From the IMG/VR virus record IMGVR_UViG_2511231035_000001, positions 4,513 to 68,512 of that record: 64,000 nt of DNA; one strand, written 5' to 3'. The translations under genes were made by a program, and so were the position numbers. Under the pieces are notes generated by a model, which made no database searches, was not told where the DNA came from, and worked only from the letters and a program-made list of their open reading frames with translations. Numbering within the stretch: the stretch's first letter is position 1; each line of letters starts with the position of its first letter. This DNA is from a virus (taxonomy: Duplodnaviria > Caudoviricetes). Positions 48,124-58,680 of the stretch are shown here, piece by piece.

Positions 48124-48695
48124 TGTGCGGACCAGTTGCAGTTGGTGTAGCCATGCTTGCGGCGGCGGCCGCGTCTGCTTACAGCCAGCGACAGAACTCT
48201 AAATATCAGTCACGCCTGGCGGAATATAACGCTGACGTGCAGGAGAAATCAGCCGACGCAGCAGTCAACGCTGGCAACGAACAGGCGGCGCAGGCACGCG
48301 CACGGGCGCGACAATTACAGGGAACGCAGGCGGCCACGCTGGCAACTAATGGCATCGACCTGGGTGGCGGCACGGCGGTGGATATTTTTGCTGATACAGC
48401 GCAGCAGGGCGAGCTTGATGCCCTGACCAATGTGAACAATGCGCAGCGTCAGGCTTATGGTTTGCAGGCGCAGGCTGCAGGCAACAGATCACAGGCATCT
48501 GCCTTCACGTCCTTTGGCAACCAGCAGGCCGGTTTAACGCTGCTCAATGGTGCAATCAGCGCGTTCGGTGCTTACAGCAGCGCAGGCGGTAGCAGCATGA
48601 TGGCGTCAAGCGGTGGGGGTGCAGCCAGCAATAATTCGAACGCTTTCGGCAGCCTGCAAAATTCGCGCTATGGCAGCAACAGCTACACATTCTGA
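48123..48695 (+). CDS. Small internal/ejection protein (T7 gp14-like)
   Basis: Ala/Gln-rich; QAATLATNGIDL. Confidence 0.75.
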   Translation: MCGPVAVGVAMLAAAAASAYSQRQNSKYQSRLAEYNADVQEKSADAAVNAGNEQAAQARARARQLQGTQAATLATNGIDLGGGTAVDIFADTAQQGELDALTNVNNAQRQAYGLQAQAAGNRSQASAFTSFGNQQAGLTLLNGAISAFGAYSSAGGSSMMASSGGGAASNNSNAFGSLQNSRYGSNSYTF

Positions 48696-48705
48696 GGATC
48701 GATGA

Positions 48706-51231
48706 ATGCCAACAGTTCCTACGTATAACCAGCGCCAGACCTCAGATCAGGGATTACCGGCGCCGCAGGTTAATGTGCAGACGACCCCGCTTAACTTCGG
48801 TGGAGCAATCGGTGAAATCGGCAACAAGGTTGCGGGTCTTCTCGGTGAGAGCATCCAGAGAGCTAACGTTGCTAAGCAGCAGGAAGCCATGCAGCAATTC
48901 CAGGCTTTCGCCGATGACCAGTTCAATAATACTGACACCGGTCTGATGACGAAGACCGGCAAGAATGCGATTGGTCAGGCTGAGCCAATGCTCGCCAGTC
49001 TGCGGAGTAAAGCCGATGAGCTATCACAGCAGATCCCGGAAGGCATGCGCCCGCAATTCATGGCGCAGATCAACGAGATGGGCATGGGATATAAGCGTCA
49101 GGCGCTGCGCTATGAAATCGGTCAGACACAGCAGTATGAGAACGACCAGTTTCAGGCAACGCTTAACACCGGCATTAAATCGGCGTCATCGCTCTACAGT
49201 GACAATCAGGCATATGTCGCTGCCAATAAGCAGATATTCAGCCAGATCGATGAATACGGTTCGGCGCATGGCTGGAGCACGGAACAGATTCAGGCCAAGA
49301 AAATTGAGTTCAAAGAGGCTACCGCGCGGCAGGCGGTCGAGAATCAGATCGGCGCAAGCTATGTGGATTTCATCCAGCAGAACGGCGAACCGGCGGACGT
49401 GGGCGGCGCAATGCGTGTCCCTTCGGTAGATGCCGGCGGCAGCACCGGGGATGCGCGCGGCATTCGCAATAATAATCCCGGCAACATCCGCATGTCTGGT
49501 TCTAAATGGGAAGGCCAGACTGGCGATGACGGCGACTTCGTGAAGTTTGCCACGCCTGAGCACGGCATTCGCGCGCTGGGCCGCAACCTGCTTTCCTATG
49601 ATCGCCAGGGTTACAACACCGTTGAGCAGATCATTAGCCGCTGGGCGCCGCCAAACGAAAACAAGACCGACAAATATATCGCGGATGTTGCGGGTGCTCT
49701 TGGCGTTCCGCCAAACACGCGCCTTGATCTCACCGACATCAGCACGCTAACTAGCCTGTCTAAAGCCATCATTAAAAAGGAGAATGGACAGAGTAATTAC
49801 ACTGACGCGCAGATTTCATCAGGGCTGCAGGCTGCGCTGGGCGTAAGTTCTTTACCTCCGGCGCAGGACGCAATGAAGCGCCTGACCGGGATGTCCGCGT
49901 TTGATGCGCTGAACACAGAAGACCAGGGCAAGTTCATGCGTCAGGCTGAAGCGATCGGCAACCAGCAGCGCGCGCAATACCGCGGGCAACTGGAAGGCGT
50001 GCTGAAAGATGCCACCGCCGCTTACATGCGCGGCAAGGAATATCCAAACGCACCGGGTCAGGCCGAGTTCATTCAGGCTTATGGCTATTCCGATGGCATG
50101 AAGAACTATGACCAGTTCCGCCATACGCAGCAACTTGGGTCAGATATTGGCGCGGTGCAGAATTTGCCGTTCTCATCACAGCAGGCTTTGCTGCAGGATC
50201 GTCAACCCGTTCCGGGCGAAGGATATGCAGCAGCTGCCAGCCGTTACGATTCACTGACGCAGGCGGTGGACTATGTGAATAAAGCGCGGCAGGCCGACCC
50301 GGTAAACTATGCCCAGCAGCAGCAGATACTTGATCCGGTTTCTGTTGGTAACGTCCAGCAGTTTGGCGCCGGGCTGGCACAGCGCGCTAACATGATGCCG
50401 CAAATCTCGCAGCAGTACGGCACGCCGCTAAAGGTTTTCAGCAAAGAAGAGGCCGCGCAGCTTGGGCAGATTTTCAAAGAGGCGCCGATCAGCCAGCAGG
50501 TGGCATACCTTGACACCATGCGTCAGAGCATTGGCGACAAGCGAACCTACATGGCTGCGTTGCAGCAGGTTAGCGAATCAGCGCCTACCGCTGCGGTGGC
50601 GGGCATAATTATGGATAAGCCAGGCGCAATCACCGCGCAGAAAAACCTGCTTTCCTCTGACGTGAATGTGAATCCTTCTGATGCAGCAATGACGATCCTT
50701 GAGGGCAACAAAGCGCGTAAGGGTGAAAAGGTTAAAGGGGAGCAGGCGGTAAAAGGTTTGCCAATGCCGAAAGACACTGAAATGCGCGCCGACTTCGCCA
50801 GCTACGTGGGTGACGCTTTCGCAGGCGATGCGCAGGGCGCGGAGATGGCATATCAGACCGCTCTCGACTATTACGCAGGCCTGAGCCAGCGCAAAGGCGA
50901 TATCACTGGCGAATACGACACAAGCCGCTTTAAGCAGGCGATGGCCGTTTCTACCGGCGGAATCTATGACTACAACGGGCAGGGCAGCGTGATGCTTCCG
51001 TGGGGCATGGGCGAAACGGAGTTTGATGGCGCTGTTGATGCTGCGTGGAAAGACCAGGTAACCGGCGCCGGCATTAAAGCACCACCGGGCCAGTACGGTT
51101 TGCAGAGCTACGGCGACAGCCAATACCTGATCAAACTGGGCGCAGGATATTTACAGGACAACACCGGGCAGCCGGTGATTCTGGATCTGCAGCGTAAGCG
51201 TCAGCGGTTCAGCGGAGACATTCCACAATGA
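48706..51231 (+). CDS. Ejection protein with a lysozyme-like muralytic domain
   Basis: RGIRNNNPGNIR..FATPEHGIRAL..IISRWAPPNEN. Confidence 0.8.
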   Translation: MPTVPTYNQRQTSDQGLPAPQVNVQTTPLNFGGAIGEIGNKVAGLLGESIQRANVAKQQEAMQQFQAFADDQFNNTDTGLMTKTGKNAIGQAEPMLASLRSKADELSQQIPEGMRPQFMAQINEMGMGYKRQALRYEIGQTQQYENDQFQATLNTGIKSASSLYSDNQAYVAANKQIFSQIDEYGSAHGWSTEQIQAKKIEFKEATARQAVENQIGASYVDFIQQNGEPADVGGAMRVPSVDAGGSTGDARGIRNNNPGNIRMSGSKWEGQTGDDGDFVKFATPEHGIRALGRNLLSYDRQGYNTVEQIISRWAPPNENKTDKYIADVAGALGVPPNTRLDLTDISTLTSLSKAIIKKENGQSNYTDAQISSGLQAALGVSSLPPAQDAMKRLTGMSAFDALNTEDQGKFMRQAEAIGNQQRAQYRGQLEGVLKDATAAYMRGKEYPNAPGQAEFIQAYGYSDGMKNYDQFRHTQQLGSDIGAVQNLPFSSQQALLQDRQPVPGEGYAAAASRYDSLTQAVDYVNKARQADPVNYAQQQQILDPVSVGNVQQFGAGLAQRANMMPQISQQYGTPLKVFSKEEAAQLGQIFKEAPISQQVAYLDTMRQSIGDKRTYMAALQQVSESAPTAAVAGIIMDKPGAITAQKNLLSSDVNVNPSDAAMTILEGNKARKGEKVKGEQAVKGLPMPKDTEMRADFASYVGDAFAGDAQGAEMAYQTALDYYAGLSQRKGDITGEYDTSRFKQAMAVSTGGIYDYNGQGSVMLPWGMGETEFDGAVDAAWKDQVTGAGIKAPPGQYGLQSYGDSQYLIKLGAGYLQDNTGQPVILDLQRKRQRFSGDIPQ

Positions 51232-53057
51232 GTTATTTCGGACTGAACACCTCGAACCAGAACCAGTTGATGGACACGGCCGCGTCTAACCCGGTCCGCA
51301 TGGGCAGTAATGATGTTGGCATGCTCGACAACATGTTTGGCGCTGCTGGCGCGGGAATTTACTCGGGTCTCGTAGCAAAACCTGATCAAGCTTTATGGGG
51401 GGCGATCGACACCGCTATTAGCCCGGCGGCTAAGTTTGTCAGCGACACCTTTGGCGTGAAAGACACATCAGCCGACTTCGCGGCAAACCAGCGCAAGCTT
51501 GCTGAACAGCAGGTTCGACGCCTGACACCCGACGCGGGCACTACCGGCACCGCTGGGCAGATCCTCTATGGGCTGTTTGATATGGGTTCGCAGGCGGTGG
51601 CTGGCACATTGCTGGGCGGTCCAGTCGGCGGCGCAGCAGTGGTCAGCGGGCTGCAGGGTTTCTCTGAGTTTGAACGCCTCCGGGCTGACGGCGTTGATGT
51701 ATCGACAGCGCAGGAAGTGGCGCTGGCGCACGGCATTACCGCCGGGGTTGGCACGCTGTTGCCAATGAGCATCGGCCTGCGTGCTGGCGGTGCGCTGAGT
51801 GAAGGTATCGGCGCGCAGCTTGCCAGAACAGGCGAGAGCACGCTGCGTAATGTCGCGGCTGCTACCGCTCGTGCCGTTCCTGATGTTGCTTATGCGGCGG
51901 GTACAAACGTTGCGATGGGTATGGCGCTGCGCGGCACCACGGCGGCAACGCTGCGTAAGGGCGGCTATGAGGATATGGCGGCGCAGTACGACGTGTTCGA
52001 CCGTCAGGCGCTGGCGATTGATGCCGTGATGGGCGTCGCGTTCGGCGGCATCGGCCGGTTCATTAACGCGCGCGGCGAATCGGTGGCGGCTCCGGAGTTC
52101 TCGCGTGGCGATGTTGACGCGGCGCTGTCCATGAATGCGGCTCAGCATGCTGAAGTTGATATTGCTCCCGGCGTACCGGTTAACGTGCTTTCACGTAATG
52201 CACATGCTCAGGCGCTGCAGAAGGCAATGCGGGATCTGAGTCAGGGGCAACCGGTGGATGTGGCGAGTATCACCGCTGATGCATCATTCAATGAGATACT
52301 CGGACGCCGTAACTTAATCACGCAGTCGATTAATGAGGCGTTGATGGGCGCTGATGAAGGCTCAACGGCGCGCCTGGCTGAAACCCGCATGCTTGAAGAT
52401 CAGGCTTCACAGATGCTTTCACGTGGCGATCGGAAGGTGTGGGAATCGGAAGTTGCCAACAGTGAGCGCCTGCTGGAAAACATGAATGCAGAGCGCGCCG
52501 CTATTCTCAGCGAGCAACCGGCAGGAAGTGGCAGAGACTTGTCGCGCGCACGCGCTGACAAACAAGCGAGGCTGCGTGATGTTGATCAGCGCATCGAATA
52601 TTCAACCTCTCGCCTTACCGATGCGCGCAATACCCTGGCAGAACATGAACCCGGCGGCACTTTCTTTGAAGCGCGGGCAGAGTTGGCACGACGCGAACAG
52701 GCAGCTGCTGAACTCGATGCCCAGGCATTATCGTATTACCGCACACCTGATGTTAATCGTGCTGAACCTTCACCCGCTCAGACAGCACCACTGGCGGAGA
52801 ACTCTCGCTCAGCACCGGCGCCATCGCAGCGTAATGCATCAGAACCTGGTGCACGCGCAGAGGATCCTGACTATCGCTATGCAGAAGAAACCCTGGCAAC
52901 ATCACCGGATATGAACATCACCGTCATTGATGCGGATGGAAATGCGCAGGTGCGCAGCGCGCGTGAATTGCTTGATGAAGCCAACCGCGAAAGTGAGCAG
53001 GCGGCGCAGGATGCCAGCCTTTACGATGTTGCCGTTAACTGTTTCTTGAGGGGATAA
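51228..53057 (+). CDS. Internal virion / ejection protein
   Basis: Position; Gly/Ala-rich hydrophobic stretches. Confidence 0.75.
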   Translation: MSYFGLNTSNQNQLMDTAASNPVRMGSNDVGMLDNMFGAAGAGIYSGLVAKPDQALWGAIDTAISPAAKFVSDTFGVKDTSADFAANQRKLAEQQVRRLTPDAGTTGTAGQILYGLFDMGSQAVAGTLLGGPVGGAAVVSGLQGFSEFERLRADGVDVSTAQEVALAHGITAGVGTLLPMSIGLRAGGALSEGIGAQLARTGESTLRNVAAATARAVPDVAYAAGTNVAMGMALRGTTAATLRKGGYEDMAAQYDVFDRQALAIDAVMGVAFGGIGRFINARGESVAAPEFSRGDVDAALSMNAAQHAEVDIAPGVPVNVLSRNAHAQALQKAMRDLSQGQPVDVASITADASFNEILGRRNLITQSINEALMGADEGSTARLAETRMLEDQASQMLSRGDRKVWESEVANSERLLENMNAERAAILSEQPAGSGRDLSRARADKQARLRDVDQRIEYSTSRLTDARNTLAEHEPGGTFFEARAELARREQAAAELDAQALSYYRTPDVNRAEPSPAQTAPLAENSRSAPAPSQRNASEPGARAEDPDYRYAEETLATSPDMNITVIDADGNAQVRSARELLDEANRESEQAAQDASLYDVAVNCFLRG

Positions 53058-53059
53058 GA

Positions 53060-55567
53060 ATGCGTCAGGAATGTATCAACGCCGTGCAGAAAGCCGCCAG
53101 CCGTAAGCTGACAGCGCAGGAAGTTCAGAATATCGAAGACCGCATCTACCGCAATATGCGCACGATTGCCCGTGACGATCCGGCGTCATGGCGAAACATG
53201 ACCGATGCGGAGCGCCTGCGCCTGTCCGGACAGAAAGCTGCAGATGAGATACTGCAGGAAGCCGCGCTGAAGAAGCGCCGCGTAGCGCTGACTATTGCTG
53301 CCCGCAAGCGCCTGGATGATTTCGTTAACGCCTATCAGGGCAGGGATGGAAAGCTTGAAGCGCTGAACCGCACAATTGCGTTCCATGCTGACGGCAGATC
53401 AAACTTTCTGTCTGTGGAATCTCGCGGCAAGGCTACCCGTGATTATGCGCTGAGCCGAATTCAGGAAGCGTTTGAAGCGGTGGATCCGCGCTTTTTCCAT
53501 CTCTTCGAAGATGAAGCTGGTGTGCGCGATCTGGTCTATGAAATCCGTGGTCAGGACACTGGCAACGTTAAAGCGAAAAAAGGTGCAAAGGCGTGGGCCG
53601 ATGTAACCGAGCTGCTGCGCCGGCGCTTTAATGATGCGGGTGGCGATGTTGGTTTTCTGGAAAACTGGGGCGTGCCGCAACACCATTCAATGGAGAAGGT
53701 CGGACGCGTAACGCAGGAGCAGTGGGCGAGTGATGTGATCGGCAAGCTTGATCGCAAGTATTACGTCAAAGAAAACGGCGAGATGATGAATGATGCCGAA
53801 GTAATGGCATTCCTCGGCGAGGCATATACGACGATTGCCACGGGCGGGCTGAACAAGCTTAGCGATACCGGCATGCGCCTGTCAGGTTCGCGTGCTAACC
53901 GCGGCAATGCATCGCGCCAGATTCACTTTAAAGACGGTGACGCATACCTCGAGTATCAGAAGCAATACGGCGATCGTTCACTATGGGAAGTAATGGTTGG
54001 TCACCTGGAAGGCATCAGCAAAGACATCGCGTTGGTTGAAACCTATGGACCGAACCCGGATCACGTGTTCCGTTCAATGCTGGATGAGTTCACGGCTGAA
54101 TCTGCCAAAGCCAATCCCGAAAGAACCGGCCGTGTTAAGCGGCTATCCAACAGCACAGAGAACCTGTACAACTTCATTGCAGGTAAAACGCAGCCGATCG
54201 CCAATCCTCACATCGCTCGCTGGTCTGACAATATCCGCAACTGGATGGTGGCGAGCCGCCTGGGTTCAGCGCTTCTGGCGTCTTTCTCCGATCTCGGCAC
54301 CATGTACCTTTCAGCGAAAGTCACCAATCTCCCGATGAACCGGCTTTTCCAGAATCAGCTGGAAGCCATGAACCCGGCAAACCGCACCGAGCTGGCGCGC
54401 GCGCGTCGAGCTGGTCTTGCTATGGAGTCTCTGCTGGGAAGCGTTAACCGCTGGGCTATGGATAACATGGGGCCATCGCACTCGCGCTGGGCAGCAACGG
54501 CTGTAATGCGTGCCAGCGGCCTGACAGCGTGGTCTGACGCACACAAGCGCGCATATGGCGTCACGATGATGGGCACCCTGGGCGAAGTAGTGCAGCGCCA
54601 TAGTGACATGTCACAGCTATCACCGGACGATTTCCGCATCATCAAAAGCAAAGGCGTAACAGATACTGACTGGAGCGTGTGGAAGCTTGCCGATCGCGAA
54701 GACTGGGGCAAGGGCAATGACACGATGCTGACGCCGGAAAGTATCATGCGCATTCCTGATTCTCAGGTCGCGCACCTCGGCGTGCCGGAACGCGTGAAAT
54801 TTAATGCGATGCGCCGTCTACTTGGCGCGGTGGCGGAAGAAGTGGATATGGCGGTGATCACCCCAGGCGCACGCGAGCAGATGGTAACCGGTGGCGGGTT
54901 ACAGCGCGGCACGTGGAAGGGCGAGCTGACGCGCAGCGTATTCCTGTTCAAGTCGTTTCCGATCTCCGTGGTCATGCGCCACTACGCGCGCGCGATGGGT
55001 ATGCCGTCAGCGGGTGGCCGCGCAGCTTATATCGCCGCATTCATCGCCAGCACCACGATGCTTGGTGCGCTGTCGCAGCAGCTGAATGATATGGCATCAG
55101 GCCGCAACCCTCGCGCTATGGCAGGAGAGGATGCCGGTAAGTTCTGGCTAGGCGCGTTGCTTAAAGGCGGTGGGCTTGGTCTGTACGGCGATTTCCTCTT
55201 GTCGGATCACACTCGCTACGGCGGCGGCGCGCTGGCGTCCATGCTTGGGCCGGTGGCGGGGCTTATTGATGATGTGGTTAAGCTGGGCCAGGGCATCCCG
55301 CTAAACGCTGTGGAAGGGAAACCAGAGCAGACAGGAGGCGACCTTGTTAAGTTAGGTAAGGGGCTAATACCCGGCGCCAATCTTTGGTACGCTAAAGCTG
55401 CGCTTGACCATATGATCTTTAATCAGATGCAGGAATACTTCTCCCCTGGATATCTGCGCAAGGTCGAGCAGCGTTCCAAAAAGAACTTCAATCAAACCTA
55501 CTGGTGGAGACCGGGCGACACTACCCCTGGAGACGCGCCGGACTTGCAAAAAGCTATAGGCAATTAA
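53060..55567 (+). CDS. Large internal virion / ejection protein
   Basis: MRQECINAV start; GGGLGLYGDFL membrane-like C-terminus. Confidence 0.8.
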   Translation: MRQECINAVQKAASRKLTAQEVQNIEDRIYRNMRTIARDDPASWRNMTDAERLRLSGQKAADEILQEAALKKRRVALTIAARKRLDDFVNAYQGRDGKLEALNRTIAFHADGRSNFLSVESRGKATRDYALSRIQEAFEAVDPRFFHLFEDEAGVRDLVYEIRGQDTGNVKAKKGAKAWADVTELLRRRFNDAGGDVGFLENWGVPQHHSMEKVGRVTQEQWASDVIGKLDRKYYVKENGEMMNDAEVMAFLGEAYTTIATGGLNKLSDTGMRLSGSRANRGNASRQIHFKDGDAYLEYQKQYGDRSLWEVMVGHLEGISKDIALVETYGPNPDHVFRSMLDEFTAESAKANPERTGRVKRLSNSTENLYNFIAGKTQPIANPHIARWSDNIRNWMVASRLGSALLASFSDLGTMYLSAKVTNLPMNRLFQNQLEAMNPANRTELARARRAGLAMESLLGSVNRWAMDNMGPSHSRWAATAVMRASGLTAWSDAHKRAYGVTMMGTLGEVVQRHSDMSQLSPDDFRIIKSKGVTDTDWSVWKLADREDWGKGNDTMLTPESIMRIPDSQVAHLGVPERVKFNAMRRLLGAVAEEVDMAVITPGAREQMVTGGGLQRGTWKGELTRSVFLFKSFPISVVMRHYARAMGMPSAGGRAAYIAAFIASTTMLGALSQQLNDMASGRNPRAMAGEDAGKFWLGALLKGGGLGLYGDFLLSDHTRYGGGALASMLGPVAGLIDDVVKLGQGIPLNAVEGKPEQTGGDLVKLGKGLIPGANLWYAKAALDHMIFNQMQEYFSPGYLRKVEQRSKKNFNQTYWWRPGDTTPGDAPDLQKAIGN

Positions 55568-55568
55568 A

Positions 55569-55916
55569 ATGAAGAAAGTAATTTTAGTTTTACTGGCGGC
55601 TGTATCGTTCTCCTCACTGGGCTCGACGACGTATAACCAGATCGGCGGAACCACTTACAGTAGCGATGGAACGTCATACAACCAGATAGGAGGCACTACC
55701 TATGGTAGTGACGGGTCAACCATGAACAGCATTGGCGGAACAACGTACGTCAATGATGGGAATGGGAATAGCACAAGTTACAACTCGATTGGTGGAACGA
55801 CTTACGGTAGCGATGGGTCAACAATGAATCAGATCGGAGGTACCACGTACATCAACGATGGTCACGGCGGCACGACGACCTGCAACCAGATAGGTGGAAC
55901 GACCTATTGCAACTGA
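55569..55916 (+). CDS. Secreted protein with six N[QS]IGGTTY repeats
   Basis: Sec-type signal peptide; repeats read directly; terminal C-x8-C. Confidence 0.8.
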   Translation: MKKVILVLLAAVSFSSLGSTTYNQIGGTTYSSDGTSYNQIGGTTYGSDGSTMNSIGGTTYVNDGNGNSTSYNSIGGTTYGSDGSTMNQIGGTTYINDGHGGTTTCNQIGGTTYCN

Positions 55917-56004
55917 CAGACGGCCCGCATTGCGGGCTTTGTCTTTTGGAGGCTGTTGGCGTTATTACCGCTGCAGGTAAACAGGGACGGATAATTACCA
56001 GGCT

Positions 56005-56265
56005 TCAAAGTTTTTTTGCGCTATCCAGCAAATATTCCAGATGAGTAACCATCTCACCCTTAATCTTTCTTGCATCCTTAACATAGTTAAGTAGGGCGTT
56101 AACTTCATCCCGCGCACCACCAATATTGTTTCCCCGCTGCTCTAACTCTTCCAGAAGCCTGATGATTTTTGAATCACTGGCAAGTCTCCTAAGCCCATCA
56201 TCCGTGTACAAATTTTCCGTATAGGCATCGCTGCCGGGGTAATGGTATGTGCCGTTTGGTTTCAT
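56005..56265 (-). CDS. ant: SOS-inducible antirepressor, SPC32H Ant-like (86 aa)
   Basis: AGGAGG RBS, ATG at 56265, LexA box upstream; size and location as recalled for SPC32H ant. Confidence 0.75.
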   Translation of the reverse strand: MKPNGTYHYPGSDAYTENLYTDDGLRRLASDSKIIRLLEELEQRGNNIGGARDEVNALLNYVKDARKIKGEMVTHLEYLLDSAKKL

Positions 56266-56287
56266 TGAAAACGCCCTCCTGAATAAA

Positions 56288-56303
56288 CTGTATATATATC
56301 CAG
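56288..56303. promoter_or_regulatory. LexA (SOS) box CTGTATATATATCCAG
   Basis: Near-consensus CTG-N10-CAG. Confidence 0.9.
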
Positions 56304-56440
56304 TAAATTCCGCAAGAATTTGAATGCATATGTAAGCGAAAATTATTGACGCCATTGCCAAAAAGTTCAATTACCAATTATCCATATAAGGATCGAATGC
56401 TGTAAACTTGCTGATAAATCACACACCAGGAGTCAGCGAG

Positions 56441-58642
56441 ATGACCGTTTCAACAGTGGTTAACCACGAACAATATGATGGCAATGGTACTACCACAGTA
56501 TTCCCTTACCGGTTCCGCATCCTTAAAGATAGTCACATGGTAGTAACCGCGAGCAATCCGGATGGGTTGCTGACCACGCTGGTGCTGGGTACTGATTACA
56601 CAATCACCGGTGTTGGGCTGGTCAGTGGGGGTAGTGTTGTGCTGAACTCCGCCCTGGCTACTGGGTGGCAAATATCCCTGGATCGTGATTTGCCTGCCGT
56701 ACAGGAAACAGATCTAAGAAATCAGGGTAAATTCTTTGCGGAGACGCATGAAGACGCCTTCGATTATCTGACGATGCTAGTGCAGCGGGCTTTATCTGTG
56801 TTTGGCTTAGCTCTTCGTAAGCCGTCTTGGATAGCGAAGTACTATGATGCTCAGGGCAACCGTATCGCTAATCTTGGAGATCCGATAAACCCGCAGGATG
56901 CATCGACTAAGGCCTATACAGATAGCGTCAACACGGCGAGCCTAAACAAAACTCTTCGTGTGCCTGAAGTCTATGTTGCACCGCTTCCCTCAATCACGGA
57001 ACTCGAGGGGAAAGTAATTGGCTTTGTCGGTGGCAAGCCTGTGGGTGTACCTGTTCCGTCAGGAAGTGCGGCTGATGTTCTGATCCAGTTAGCAAAGAAT
57101 ACCGGTTCCGCGCTAATTGGAACAAACCATCGAGGCACTCTCGCATCAGACCTTAATGCTATAGACCGTCGACCTGATGGTTATGGTAATAGCATAGAGA
57201 ACGTTCTTGCTAATGGTAAGGATGTACAGATTGAGAAAGATATCTCACAAGCATTTCCTGTAATTTTATCTCAAGAACAAGTATTTGATGGAGCTGGCGG
57301 CAAGCTGAATATAACTAGTCAAACAAGCTCTGGTGTATTAGCTGATGCAAGATCTAATGCAAATAAAGATTTCATTCGGATATCGTCAGCAAAATTATAT
57401 GGAACTGTTATTGATTCTGATGGGTCCGCTGCAGCAGTTGCAGCATACGGAGCTTTTTTAAGGGATTTAGAATATCCAGTTATTGACGGGCTTTACGCAA
57501 ACGGATTTACAGGAGGTGTAGCTAATATCAATACCGTATCCAGCGTTATCAAAAATGTTAGGGCTACAAATACCGTATACCATCCAACTCCTGTACGTGG
57601 AGGTTACGGAGTCTTTTTGGATGAGACTAGGCAGGCAATCATAGACGGCGTTCAGTTTGATGCTTCAAGTGCAAACAACGGCAGACATATGCTTTACGTT
57701 TCTCGAGGAGGGGGAGGAAACACTTATGACGGATGCCAGAATACTTTAGCAGTAAATATGATAGGCAAGTATAGGAATAAGGATAATAGAGATTTTTGGG
57801 GGATAAATGTTAGAAAGAGCACAAGAACTCTAGTTGGTAACACGATCATAGAGGGCGCGCCGGGTGGTGTTTCATATAATGTGGAGAATGGATACATTGA
57901 AAAGAGTATGCTTTTTAATTTAAGTGTATCTGTATTGAAGTATCAAAACGGCGTTGGGGTTTATGGCGTTACACAGACCTACGATGCATCCGATAATAAA
58001 GTGACAGGGTTTTTAGATAGTGGGCTTTCAATTGAAGTCAAACCTAAGGATTCAACTGTTAATGGTTCGGATTGTATCGGATACAGTGTAGCAGGGACAA
58101 ATGGAAGAATAGCAAATCTGCTGACCAACATAAGCACCGCCGGCACTCCAATATTAATTCAGCCTGGTACTAAAAATGTCATCATTGACGGAGTACTTGA
58201 TTACACTTCGGATAACAGCAGCGAGACGCTGGGTGCAATGATCACATTCACAGGAGGTGCTGGATTGTGTGACAACATAACAGTAAGGGGTGTAAAAACC
58301 CCTCGGAAAATGTTCGCTAGATTGACTGGTGTAACCAACCTTACTGTAGATTATACAAGGCAGGCAAGGATAACAGTTGCATCAGGTGTGGCAACAAAGT
58401 TTGATGACCATGAGCTAATTAGCACCATAACATTGAGTAGTACAGCCATAACGATAGTTTTCAATGCACACGCCACTCAAAAAGCTATTGAGGATGCTTC
58501 TGTTCGGCCTATAGGCGCTTATCAGGTATTTATGTCTTCAACTGCAAACAAAACTTTAGTTATAAACACGTATACTATTACTGGTGCCGTATTGAATCCT
58601 TTAACTACAGCAATCTCTCTAGGTTTAGTTTTATACAGTTAA
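56441..58642 (+). CDS. Tailspike / polysaccharide depolymerase
   Basis: Conserved N-terminal anchor (YDGNGTTTVFPYRFRI); AT-richer, beta-helix-like C-terminal part. Confidence 0.88.
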   Translation: MTVSTVVNHEQYDGNGTTTVFPYRFRILKDSHMVVTASNPDGLLTTLVLGTDYTITGVGLVSGGSVVLNSALATGWQISLDRDLPAVQETDLRNQGKFFAETHEDAFDYLTMLVQRALSVFGLALRKPSWIAKYYDAQGNRIANLGDPINPQDASTKAYTDSVNTASLNKTLRVPEVYVAPLPSITELEGKVIGFVGGKPVGVPVPSGSAADVLIQLAKNTGSALIGTNHRGTLASDLNAIDRRPDGYGNSIENVLANGKDVQIEKDISQAFPVILSQEQVFDGAGGKLNITSQTSSGVLADARSNANKDFIRISSAKLYGTVIDSDGSAAAVAAYGAFLRDLEYPVIDGLYANGFTGGVANINTVSSVIKNVRATNTVYHPTPVRGGYGVFLDETRQAIIDGVQFDASSANNGRHMLYVSRGGGGNTYDGCQNTLAVNMIGKYRNKDNRDFWGINVRKSTRTLVGNTIIEGAPGGVSYNVENGYIEKSMLFNLSVSVLKYQNGVGVYGVTQTYDASDNKVTGFLDSGLSIEVKPKDSTVNGSDCIGYSVAGTNGRIANLLTNISTAGTPILIQPGTKNVIIDGVLDYTSDNSSETLGAMITFTGGAGLCDNITVRGVKTPRKMFARLTGVTNLTVDYTRQARITVASGVATKFDDHELISTITLSSTAITIVFNAHATQKAIEDASVRPIGAYQVFMSSTANKTLVINTYTITGAVLNPLTTAISLGLVLYS

Positions 58643-58647
58643 AATGC

Positions 58648-58669
58648 AGGGCCGAAATTCGGCCCTTTT
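58648..58669. terminator. Bidirectional terminator between tailspike and acyltransferase
   Basis: AGGGCCGAA-AT-TCGGCCCT followed by TTT. Confidence 0.75.
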
Positions 58670-58680
58670 AATAATTATGG

